Shown here: piece by piece, positions 39,684 to 51,140 of the stretch
Layout of the letters: each line of letters opens with the position of its first letter
How positions within the stretch are numbered: the stretch's first letter is position 1
Source of the DNA: Octopus sinensis
Lineage: Eukaryota
Reading direction: 5' to 3'
Length of the DNA: 64,000 bases
NCBI RefSeq assembly: GCF_006345805.1
Contig: NC_043023.1
Location: 8,494,001-8,558,000, forward strand
Notes under the pieces: generated by a model
Told to the model about the DNA's origin: nothing
Seen by the model: only the letters and a program-made list of their open reading frames with translations
Databases searched by the model: none
Made by a program: the position numbers and the translations under genes

Positions 39684-40133
39684 ATACACATATATATATA
39701 TATCTGTATATCTATCTTTGTGTGTGTGTGTATGTATGTATGTACGTATATATATATATATAATACGCACACACATTTTGTTTTGTATGTGTGTATATGT
39801 GACATATATATTTACTTACGTACACACACACACAAACACATCTCAAAAAGTTAATATACTCCTCTCATCAAACCACTTTTACCTGTGCAGACACTAACTA
39901 CCTGTTGCTTCAAATTTTATTAATGTATTTTATGCCCAAGACATGTCTCCTAAATCCTAGATTAAACATTTAAATACATTAAATGACATTATCTTGTCTC
40001 TAGGATATAAATCTTCCAAAAACTATCTTGTCTGTTTTAGTTTTAAGGTCTCCCCCTCTCTCTTTCTATATATATATTAATAATATAAGGGTGTGAAATA
40101 TAACCATTATCGGTGGAACTTTTACAAAAAGCT

Positions 40134-40173
<40 letters not shown>

Positions 40174-40268
40174 GGAAATATATTTGTAGAAAATAGGAAT
40201 AAGCGGTCTTTGACTACTATTTCTAAATTTTCGGTATCTGGCTAAGCAACTTGTTGCTTAACCCTATT

Positions 40269-40313
<45 letters not shown>

Positions 40314-40496
40314 CAAGTAAGTTAGGGGTTGTGGGTCCCACCCACTAAGGGATAATATTTATACAATATACTGCTGGTATAATACCCAATTATTAATACA
40401 CAAGTGTTTTAAATTGCAATGCAATAAACTTATTGTATTAAATAGGGAAGGTAAAGAAATATTTTACCATTAATTTATATTACAAATAAGAATTTG

Positions 40497-40548
<52 letters not shown>

Positions 40549-40734
40549 GTGTATGTATGTGTGTACACACACACACACATATGAAGAAAAAGGAGGCATC
40601 CAAAATTCTGACTGCCCCTTTTTTCTTGATATACAATATCTGTACACTTCGTCAAACAATCTACACATACACACACACTATATATATGTGCATATATGAT
40701 TGAGACAGCTGCGAACGAATTATGAATATTATTC

Positions 40735-40890
40735 CCTTTGATAAGATCGGGAACGAAGCGATCCTACGGCGTGCTGGCCCACCTCGTATGATGGAAAATC
40801 CTCAATGAGAGAAATTTACGTTGGTTAGGACACGTACACAGCAGACTCCCGGGCTTTCTAAGGGAAAAGAAAAATCACGGAAAACCTAGA
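40735..40890 (+). mobile_element. Small RTE-group LINE fragment
   Basis: DKIGNEAILRRAG...NERNLRWLGHVH. Confidence 0.55.
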
Positions 40891-40891
40891 C

Positions 40892-41721
40892 CAGGAGTCG
40901 GCGAACTGGGGTCAATTGAAATTCTTGGGGGTAATTTTATCCTACATTAGTTATATATATATATATATATACACATGTACATGCATACATATATATATGT
41001 GTGTGTGTATGTGTGTATAATAAAAGCTATATATATGTATAAAATTATATAAAAATCATGTTCCTTGTTATCTACGATTTTCTTCCCTTTCGATTGAAGG
41101 GGGTAACATCGATGTAAATAAATATTGGATTGTCCGGTAAGTTCGTGCCGATATATAGTAGCTTACCTTTCGACTTATTTTAGAACATGGTTGAGTCCAT
41201 AAAAGAAGGATTTGACTACACCTCCATTTAGAGCACAGTTTAAGCTATCTTTTCATGGAAGAAGATTTATGTTCCTATAACCTGTGTTAATACTGTAACC
41301 CTTTAAAATGGAAGATAAGAAAGTTCATTTTCGGCACTTGATGCTTTGGGAACCAGACAAAAATTGCTGCAGCTTGGCTGGGATGTGTTACCCCACCCTC
41401 CATATTCACCAGATATTGCTCCTTCGGATTTCCACTTATTCAGGTCTCTTAATGGTAAAAATTTCAATTCCTTGGATGACGTAAAAAGATACCTTGATGA
41501 ATTCTTTGCCATGAAACCACCTCAATTCTGGGAAGAGGGTGTTTTCAAGTTAAAGGAAAGATAGAGACGCATTGTGCAACAAAATGGCTCATATTTGGTT
41601 GATTAAAAATGTAATGGCAAGTAATTATTGACCTTTTTCTTTCCTTTAAAAATCGGCATGAACTTTTCGGACAATCCAATATATTTTGGAGTAATTGATT
41701 AAAGCAGTTCTCCGACACCTG
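40892..41721. mobile_element. hAT (Charlie-like) MITE with perfect 8-bp TSD, containing a nested mariner
   Basis: TIRs CAGGAGTCGGCGAACT / AGTTCTCCGACACCTG; TSD ACCTAGAC at 40884-40891 and 41722-41729. Confidence 0.88.
41125..41679 (+). mobile_element. Internally deleted mariner (555 bp) with TA TSD
   Basis: TIRs TTGGATTGTCCGGTAAGTTCGTGCCGAT / ATCGGCATGAACTTTTCGGACAATCCAA; GWDVLPHPPYSPDIAPSDFHLFRSL transposase motif. Confidence 0.92.
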
Positions 41722-41907
41722 ACCTAGACTGAGATTCAAAGATATAACAAGGAATTGATCATAATAAATGGCAACCTGACCAGTATGAAGAAAGCTTATC
41801 ATGTAATGTCAAAGCCACGAACAGTCTTAGTTGCGACGAGTGACTGCATAAGCTTTCTTCAATTACTGGTCGGTCATTCACTCGAGTTTGTCATTCATTA
41901 TGATCAA

Positions 41908-42066
41908 TTAGGAGTGGCTGTGTGGTATGTAGCTTGCTTACCAACCACATGGTTCTGGGTTCAGTCCCACTGTGTGGCACCTTGGGCAAGTGTCTTCTAC
42001 TATAGCGTCGGGCTGAACAAAGCGTTGTGAGTGGATTTGGTAGACAGAAAAGGAAAGAAGCCCGTC

Positions 42067-42134
<68 letters not shown>

Positions 42135-43400
42135 GTGTCTATATGTTTGTACGTCTGTGTTTGTCCCTCCAATATTGCTTGACAACCAATGCTGGTGTGT
42201 TTACGTCCCCGTAACTTAGCAGTTCGGCAAAAGAGACCGATAGAATAAATACTAGGCTTACAAACAATAAGTCCCGGGGTTGATTTGCTTGACTAAAGGT
42301 GGTGCTCCAGCATGGCCTCAGTCAAATGACTGAAACAAGTAAATGAATAAAAGAATAGTATGTATGTATGAGTGGAGGTAAAGAATACATGCCCACCCAT
42401 TTTCGGCCTAATCCTCACCCTAAACCTAACCCTAGCCCTAAACTAAAACCTAACCCTAAACTTAAACCAAACCCTAACCCCTAGCCCTAAACCTAACCAC
42501 TAGGTGTGTATGTATGTTCTCTTTCGCTTTTTAATTTTAGAGTAAATTTTGACAAACCCCTTAACCTTTGAGGGTCATTGAGATGCTAGGTCGAGAAAAA
42601 TTGGCAGAGTCCATCACTTTCCAGGCTAAACCCATTTTTAACCACTAAGCGATGCAACTCCACTAATGGTACTCATTTTTATAGCTGAGTGGACTCGAAC
42701 AACATGAAGTGGTTTTGCTCAAGAGTGCAACACATTGCCTGGTCCAAGAATTGAAAGCGCATGTTATGATTGCGAGTCCAAAACCCTAACCACTAAGCCA
42801 TGCACCTCCACAGTAAATTTTGACTGGCCACCTGCTTGATAGAAAACATCTTCTTTTGTTCATCATGCTATAAATCTTAGAAAGGACTTGCAGATTTTTC
42901 TAGGCCCGTATGTGTGTGCTGTGTGTGTGTGTTTATGTAAGTATGCACAGGTGTGTATGTACATATGTCATGCATGTATATATGTCTATGTAACTTTGCA
43001 TATATATGTATATACTCTTTACTCTTTTACTTGTTTTAGTCCTTTGACTGCGGCCATGCTGGAGCACCGCCTTTAGTCGAGCAAATCGACCCTGGGACTT
43101 ATTGTTTGTAAGCCCAGTACTTATTCTATCGGTCTCTTTTGCTGAACTGCTAAGTGACGGGGACAACCAGCATCGGTTGTCAAGCAATGCTAGGGGGACA
43201 AACATACACACACACACATATATATATACATATATACAACAGGCTTCGTTCAGTTTTCGTCTACCAAATCCACTCACAAGGCATTAGTCGGCCTGAGGCT
43301 ATAGCAGAAGACACTTGCCCAAGATGCCATGCAGTGGGGCTGAACCCGGAACCATGTGGTTGGTTAGCAAGCTACTTACCACATAGCCACTCCGGCGCCT
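41908..43400. mobile_element. SINE cluster: family A (+, 41908-42345), family C (-, 42600-42815), family A (-, 43015-43400), plus degenerate (CCCTAA)-like run 42417-42500
   Basis: Homology to the other SINE copies. Confidence 0.8.
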
Positions 43401-44149
43401 ATATATATATGTATGATTGTAAACGTGTGTAAGTATATTTGTATGTAAGTGTGTTTGTATGTTTGTATAGTAGTAGTAGTAGTGTTTGTATAGTAGTAGT
43501 AGAAGTTGTTGTTGTTGTTGTTTTAGTTGGAGTAGAGGGGCGGCATTTAATCTTATAATTACATATAATTATCAACAGGTGTTCGTTATCAAAAAGGCTT
43601 TGTTTTAGTAATCATAAGGGTCTTCCATTGTATTTATATATTATATAATACAATATACATACATATATGTATATATATATACTTCATTTCCACACACGCC
43701 AGCTGAATTCAATTCATCCCCAGTCAAAAGACACCTGTTGTTGTGTCCTGTTATTATTATTATTATTTTTATTGTATTTTGTATTTATATTCGTGTAACA
43801 TCGTCTGTTTTTCCATCCTTGTTTTCGTGTACGTTCGATGCTTTTCTTCCAAGAAATCTAATGCTCTTAGCTTAGTTTTTCCTTGGGGGCTGGCCAGATT
43901 GGAGCAATCTCAAGATTAATCAGCCGAAATTGCGATGATAATCGGGTGCTTGACTGAGGACAGAGGGGGCTTCGAATGACCCGTTCTTGTTTTGTTTTTT
44001 TATCGTTTATCTGGATGTTTTGTCCCTTTTTGTATCACCTAGTTGTCTGGATATTTGCTTGTATTGTCCCATTTTGTATTTTATATATGCTATGGCTGCC
44101 CCCTCGTTATCGAGTATGGACATTGCATGAAGCTTAACTGTTACTGGTG

Positions 44150-44347
44150 CTGTGATCAAATGTGACTTTTTAGCCCAGCTAAAGATCTACAATGTTTTGT
44201 ACAGAATTGGCAACTAAGACCTTTACTGGTAATAGCCGGCTGTAGTTGTAACTGGGCTTCATGTACCTTTGCATGTCGTTTAAGTCCTCCTGCTGAATTA
44301 CACTCTCTTCCACATGCCTGACAGATATGATTAGTATGGTGTGTTAC

Positions 44348-44350
<3 letters not shown>
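44150..44350 (-). mobile_element. C-terminal C2H2 pair of an RTE-type LINE (3' stub)
   Basis: CQACGRECNSAGGLKRHAKVH...CQFCTKHCRSLAGLKSH; same finger type as the LINE stub at 63.5 kb and unlike the host ZNF fingers. Confidence 0.55.
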
Positions 44351-44378
<28 letters not shown>

Positions 44379-44704
44379 ACTTATAAAATAACTTATTTTA
44401 ATTTTATTTTATAAGTTATTTATAAATTTAACCTTTAAAGGTATTTTTTGATATGCTGGCCATTGATAAGAATTTTTTTTTCGAAAAAAAATTTTATCCT
44501 ACATTAGTTATATATATATATATATACACATGTACATGCATACATATATATATGTGTGTGTGTATGTGTGTATAATAAAAGCTATATATATGTATAATAC
44601 AATATATATATATTCTTGTTTCAGTCATTTGACTGTTGCCATGCTGGAGCACTGCCTTTAGCCAAACAAATCGACCACAGGACTTATTCTTTGTAAGCCA
44701 AGTA

Positions 44705-45284
44705 CTGTAAATTCCAGGCTATAAGCTGCTACTTTGTGAACATTGCGGCCAATACTATGGTGCAGCTAATGCATATTTTTTTTTGTCATGCCACAAAAAA
44801 TATTTTGCTTCGCAATAGTAGACCAATCAAATTGATGAATAGGTCAGAGAAGTCCAATGAAATTGTGCGATAAATCAAGAACGCTTTCACAATTCAGTTA
44901 CCGGTATTATAAAGCTGTCATTTGTATTCACCCTCATCAACATCAGGTGCAGAAGTGGTTGTGTGGTAAGTAGCTTGCTTACCAACCACATGGTTCCGGG
45001 TTCAATCCCACTATGTGGCACCTTGGGCAAGTGTCTTCTACTATAGCCTCGGGCCGACCAAAGCCTTGTGAGTGGATTTCGTAGACGGGAACTGAAAGAA
45101 GCCCGTCATATATGTATATTTAAGCGCAGGAGTGGCTGTGTGGTAAGTAGCTTGCTTACCAATCACATGGTTCCGGGTTCAGTTCCACTGCGTGGCACCT
45201 TGGGCAAGTGTCTTCTACTATAGCCTCGGGCCCGACCAAGCCTTGTGAGTGGATTTGGTAGACGGAAAACTGAAGAAAGCCCGT

Positions 45285-45329
<45 letters not shown>

Positions 45330-46800
45330 TATGTATATGTGTGTGTGTTTGTGTCTGTGTTTGTCCCCCTAGCATTGCTTACAACCGATGCTGGTGTGTT
45401 TACGTTGCCGTCACTATAGGTTTGGCAAAAGAGACCGATAGAATAAGTACTGGGCTTACAAAAGAATAAGTCCCAGGGTCGATTTGCTCGACTAAAGGCG
45501 GTGCTCCAGCATGACCGCAGTCAAAATGACTGAAACAAGTAAAAGAGTAAAGAGTAACATGGAAAATACTTGAAGAAAAGCATAAGATGCAGCTTAATGA
45601 ATTGATGGTGAGATGGTGGAGACGCCAGCAGGAAGAACTGAATTAGTGCAAAAAGACGATGAAAACTTTCAGAGGTAACTATAACAGACGGCCCAAACAT
45701 GAAAACTTTCTTGAGGACTGGGTTAACAAACGGAGAGCAAGAAGCTGTGGTGTTTCCACCGTGCAGATCAGACTGAAGGCTAAAACAATCGTCGAAGATT
45801 TTAGAGGTGGGCCATCGTGGTGATTTAGATTTACGAGAAGAAAAGGCCTGTCTGTTCAAATTCCGCTGAGGTTGACTTTGCCTTTCATCCTTTCGGGGTC
45901 GATAAATTAAGTAACCGTTACGCACTGGGTCGATGTAATTGACTCATTCCTTTGTCTGTCATTGTATTTCCCCTCTATGTTTAGCCCCTTTTGGGCAATA
46001 AGGATATAAGAAAATCACTTGGACTGTTAATAAAAAGGTGACTCGTCCATCACACTGAAAACAAGTGGCCATGAGAGAATGTATTTTACCTGTGTTCTGA
46101 GCTGCACATCATCCGGACTAAAGCTTCCATTGATGGGGATTTTAAATTGATGGGGATTTTTAAGCAGCTGATAATGCCAAAGGAAAAATCCCAAAAGAAA
46201 TCGTGGGGTCTAAGTCAATAAGAAAGGTTGGATGACGGAGAGCCTAATGAAGGATTTGGCTCAGAGAATGCTACGCCAAGCGACCTGGGGGATTTTTTTC
46301 ACACAAGAAAGCATTGCTCATTATGGACAGCATGAGGGCCCATATAACAAATACAGTGAAAGCTGCCATCAAGATAACGAATTCAACGTCCAGCTGTGAT
46401 TCCGGGGTGGGGGGCGACCACTAAGTGTTTGCAGCCACTGGACATCAGCGTGAACCGGCCATTTGAGTGGCACTGTGCCATGAGGGGAAGGACTGGATGA
46501 CGAGCGACGAGAAATCCTTCACAAAACAGCCGCACGCGAAGAGCATCTTTCACTCAAGTCTGCTGGTGGATCCTAAATACGTGGAACCGTGTCAAAACAC
46601 CCACCATCACCAACGGGTTTCAAAAGCTGGACTGCTGCGTGATGAAGAGGACTGGGTTTGCTCAAGTGAGAGTGACAACGAAGAGGCTGAAGTGAGTGAT
46701 GAGATCCTGAGACTGTTCAATTCTGGACACTGAAAAAGAGGACTTTGATGGTTTCAGTGCACAGGAAGAAGATGAAGAAGGCGATCAAGGACTTTTGACC
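44705..46800 (+). mobile_element. Decayed pogo/Tc2-type DNA transposon interrupted by three SINEs (44946-45110, 45123-45553, 45845-46005)
   Basis: TA + CTGTAAATTCCAGGCTATAAG TIR; LEDWVNKRR..VSTVQIRLKAK..FRGGPSW (CENP-B-type HTH); LIMDSMRAH and LQPLDISVNRPF (DDE_1); acidic C-terminal tail. Confidence 0.85.
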
Positions 46801-46812
46801 TGGTAGGCTGCA

Positions 46813-46843
<31 letters not shown>

Positions 46844-46844
46844 C

Positions 46845-47535
46845 ATATAAAAGGCACCACTCGAGTGTGATCATTACCGGCGTCGCTTTACCGGCACTTG
46901 TGCCTGTGCTAGTAGGGTGCCAAGAGCACCATCCGAGTGTGATCGTCGGTAGAGCAGCTAACTGGCTTCCGTGCCAGTGGCATGTAAAAGGCACCATTCG
47001 AGCGTGATCATTACCAGCGTCGCCTTACTGGCATCTGTGCCGGTGGCATGTGTAAAAAGATTCGAGGTCGTTGCCAGTACCGCCTGACTGGACCCCATGC
47101 CGGTGGCACATAAAAGCACCCACTACACTCTCAGAGTGGTTGGCGTTAGGAAGGGCATCCAGCTGTAGAAACTCTGCCAGATCAGATTGGAGCCGGGTGC
47201 AGCCATCTGGTTCGCCAGTCCTCAGTCAAACCGTCCAACCCATGCTAGCATGGAAAGTGGATGTTAAACGATGATGATGATGATACCGGTTGTTAAGAGG
47301 AATGTTGTTCGTGCACTGTTCAGTAAAAAAGCATAAGCAACATAATTTGTGTGTTACTGATACATATGTAGGCGCAGGAGTGGCTGTGTGGTAAGTAGCT
47401 TGCTTACCAACCACATGGTTCTGAGTTCCGTCCCACTGCGTGGCAACTTGGGCAAGTGTCTTCTACTATAGCCTTGGGCTGACTAAAGCCTTGTGAGTGG
47501 ATTTGGTAGACAGAAACTAAAAGAAGCCCGTTGTA
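46845..47535 (+). mobile_element. RTE 3'-UTR fragment with (GAT)n tail (46845-47285) and SINE family A 5' part (47371-47535)
   Basis: Homology to other copies. Confidence 0.75.
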
Positions 47536-47563
47536 TATGTATATATTTATATATGTATGTATG

Positions 47564-47608
<45 letters not shown>

Positions 47609-47632
47609 TGTATGTGTATATATATATGTATG

Positions 47633-47663
<31 letters not shown>

Positions 47664-48433
47664 ATAGTGACTGAAAGAAGTACAAGATAAAAGATATATT
47701 TATGTGTGCGCATTTGAGTGAGTTCATATTTTCCTTGCATTCACTGGTTCGTAAACAATTGTTGCCTGACTTTTGTGTTTGCTTTGCAGTCCACCACAAA
47801 AGCATATTTAAGTTTCTTGTCATGTCACAACAAGTTGCATGACCTTTGCAAACATACTGGTGTCATTTCATTTCCAGTTCTCCATATAAAGTAAGTCCAG
47901 GCTGTTTGTTATTCAAAAGGCTAGGTATGTATGTGTATATATGTATATATATTCAGTTGGCAACTGGAAGGGCATGGAGTCAGCGTTGTTTCAAAGCTTG
48001 GACAGACTGGACACTTGCCTGAGGAACCCTATGGATTTAGGGCACCAATGCTTAATTTATGTATGCTGCAGTCTGAGGCGTTTTGCCAATAAATATATGT
48101 AGGGTCCCCAGCTCATTGATTTGCTTAGGGGGCACATAAAGCTGTTACAACAACCCTACATGCTACAATAGAAAAACTATCTCCCCTACACCATATACTT
48201 TTGTCTGATCCGTGCAAGCATGGAAAAGTAAATATCAAAATGATAATGAGCAATGAATTAGCCACTGGTAAATAATTAATCTGTGGCCAAGGGTTCTGAA
48301 CCCTTTTTTTTTTTTATCTATGGACCCCTTTGATTCCTATTTTATTCTGGTGGACCCCTGTAGCCATTCGATGTTTAAAAACTAGTTTTATAGACATTCC
48401 TTTCAAAATTCCTATTTTGTTTTTCACACATTA

Positions 48434-48750
48434 GGCGCAGGAATGGCTGTGTGGTAAGTAGCTTGCTTACCAACCACATGGTTCTGGGTTCAGTCCCACT
48501 GAGAAGCACCTTGGGCAAGTGTCTTCTACTGTAGCCTTGGGCTGACCAAAGCCTTGTGAGTGGATTTGGTACATGGAAACTGAAAAAAGCCCGTCGTATA
48601 TATATATATGTGTGTACGTGTTTGTGTGTCTGTGTTTGTCCCCCCAACATCGCTTGACAACTGATGCTGGTGTGTTTATGTCCCCGTTACCTAGCGGTCC
48701 GGCAAAAGTGACCGATTGAATAAGTACTAGGCTTACAAAGAATAAGCCCT
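48434..48750 (+). mobile_element. SINE family A
   Basis: Homology to 1431-1800. Confidence 0.85.
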
Positions 48751-48774
48751 GGGCTCCATTTGCCCGTCATCGAG

Positions 48775-49345
48775 TTTCACTTTGATTTTGATTTCACTTG
48801 CCTCAACAGGTCTTTTCAAGCAGAGTTTAGTGTCCAAAGAAGGAAACGGTATGCATAAGTGGGCTGGTTATGTCCCTGGCATAGGCCACAAGGTTATGGT
48901 CTCATTTGGCTTGCCGGGTCTTCTCAAGCACAGCATATTTCCAAAGATCTTGGTCACTAGTCATTTCCTTGGTGAGGCCTAAAGTTCGAACCACTTCATC
49001 CCAGGTCTTCCTGGGTCTACTTCTTCCACAGGTTCCCTCAACCGCTAAGCTGTGACACTTTTTCATACAGCTATCCGCATCCATTCTCGCTATATGTCCA
49101 TACCAGTGCAGTCGTCTCTCTTGCACACCACATCTGATGCTTCTTAGGTCCAACTTTTCTCTCGGGGTACTTACACTCTGTCGAGTATGCACACTGACAT
49201 TACACATCCATCGGATCATACTGGCTTCATTCCTTGCGAGCTTACACATGTCCTCAGCAGTCACGGCCCATGTTTCACTGCCATGTAGTATGGCTATTCG
49301 TACACATGCGTCATACAGTCTACCTTTTACTCTGAGTGAAAATTT
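48775..49345 (-). mobile_element. RTE LINE C-terminal fragment (same family as 51-57 kb)
   Basis: AEDMCKLARNEASMIRWMCNV...LHWYGH...RPRKTWDEVV. Confidence 0.9.
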
Positions 49346-49581
49346 CCACTTATTTCTTATTTTTATATTCTAAAATTTTTGTTGCGTCTTGCAACCTTTT
49401 CAATAGTTTTCAGTCAACGAAAATTTTAGGACAATAAAAATAAGAAATAAGTGGAAATTTTACTGGTGAGTGTGTTACATTTTAAGGCACAAAAAGAAAA
49501 TGACTCTCTCCAGACACAACAGAATATGCTTCAACACACGAACTCATATAAAGAATCTTGCAAACCAAATCCAAAAACGAA

Positions 49582-49600
49582 ATATATATATATATATATG

Positions 49601-49677
<77 letters not shown>

Positions 49678-49693
49678 ATATATATGTATGTAT

Positions 49694-49727
<34 letters not shown>

Positions 49728-49783
49728 GTATATATGTATGTATATATATATATGTATATATATGTATGTATATATATATGTAT

Positions 49784-49852
<69 letters not shown>

Positions 49853-49864
49853 TGTATATATATT

Positions 49865-49898
<34 letters not shown>

Positions 49899-50005
49899 TA
49901 TGTATGTATATATATGTATATATATGTATGTATATATATATATATGTATGTATATGTATATATATATATATATGTATGTATATATATGTATATATATATA
50001 TGTAT
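49582..50005. repeat. (TA)n/(TATG)n microsatellite
   Basis: Visible. Confidence 0.95.
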
Positions 50006-50009
50006 GTGC

Positions 50010-50945
50010 CGCCTCGACTGGCTTCCATGCCGGTGGCACGTAAAATGCACCAATCAGACTGTGGCCGTTGCCAGCCTCGCCTGGCACCTGTGCGGGTGGC
50101 ACGTCAAAATCACCCACTACACTCATGGAGTGGTTGGTGTTAGGAAGGGCATCCAGCTGTAGAAACATTGCCAGATAAGACTGGAGCCTGGTGCAGCCTT
50201 CTGGCTTCCCAGATCCCCGGTCGAACCGTCCAACCCATGCTAGCATGGAGAACGGACGTTAAACGATGTTGATGATATATGTATATATATATGACGCCAC
50301 CCCGCTGGCTTAGCGAGCAGGCTAACAGAAGAAAGTGAGGGAAAGTTGTGGAGAAAGTGCACAGCAGGGATCACCACCTCCTGCCAGAGCCTCGTGGACC
50401 TTTTTAGGTGTTTTCGCTCAATAAACACACACAACACCTGGTCCGTTGCCCTAACCACTGGGCCATTGCGCCTCCACACATACATATATATATATATAAG
50501 TAGTTGAATGAATTATCCTACTATGGATAATTCGGTTAACCGATATTCGGGTAGCAAATTCACGTCAGAAAAACACGGTTGAAGCTACATGCCAAGGGCA
50601 GAGATCATGTGCTTTCGTGTGGAAATTTGTGTGTTTTTTTAATACAAATAAATGAAAGAATGGAGTTGAACGACGATTTAACAAAATCCCTTTACTCTCG
50701 ACATATGTTTCGAAGACTGCATATTCCTAATTTCGAAGGAATAAGGGGTGCATTATGCCGCCTTCTATATATATATATATTACAGGCTTCTTTCAGTTTC
50801 CATCTACCAAATCTACTCACAAGGCTTTGGTCAGCCCGAAGCTATAGCAGAAGACACTTGCCCAAGGTGCCACGCAGTAGGACTGAACCTGGAACTATGT
50901 GGTTTGTAAGCAAGCTACTTTCCACACAGCCACTTCTACGCCTAT
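50010..50945. mobile_element. RTE 3'-UTR (+, 50010-50278), SINE B (-, 50293-50475) and SINE A (-, 50780-50945)
   Basis: Homology to other copies. Confidence 0.8.
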
Positions 50946-51140
50946 ATATAGGCGTTAGCTACTACACACATTTTTTCTCTCCTTGTTTTTTCTGTGTCCC
51001 TATCTGTAGAAGAGCATAGGCTCAAAACGTAAAAGACCTTTTCTATTCCTGAGTGTTATACTAATACATCTGTTTGTTTTGTACACCACCTGTCTTCGTC
51101 TTTAGTTTTCTTCATAAACTCTCCCTATATATATATATAT

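Noticed and set aside
42417-42500. Interstitial telomere-like (CCCTAA)n
   Set aside because: Short and degenerate; similar motifs are internal to MITEs in this window.
43945-43985. CTGAGGA...GAAT hammerhead-like string
   Set aside because: GAAA core and stems are not recoverable.
47790-47890. Candidate 101-nt exon with good acceptor and donor inside the presumed USH1G intron
   Set aside because: No similarity to the expected USH1G exon 2, and it has a stop in the frame required by the phase-2 intron.
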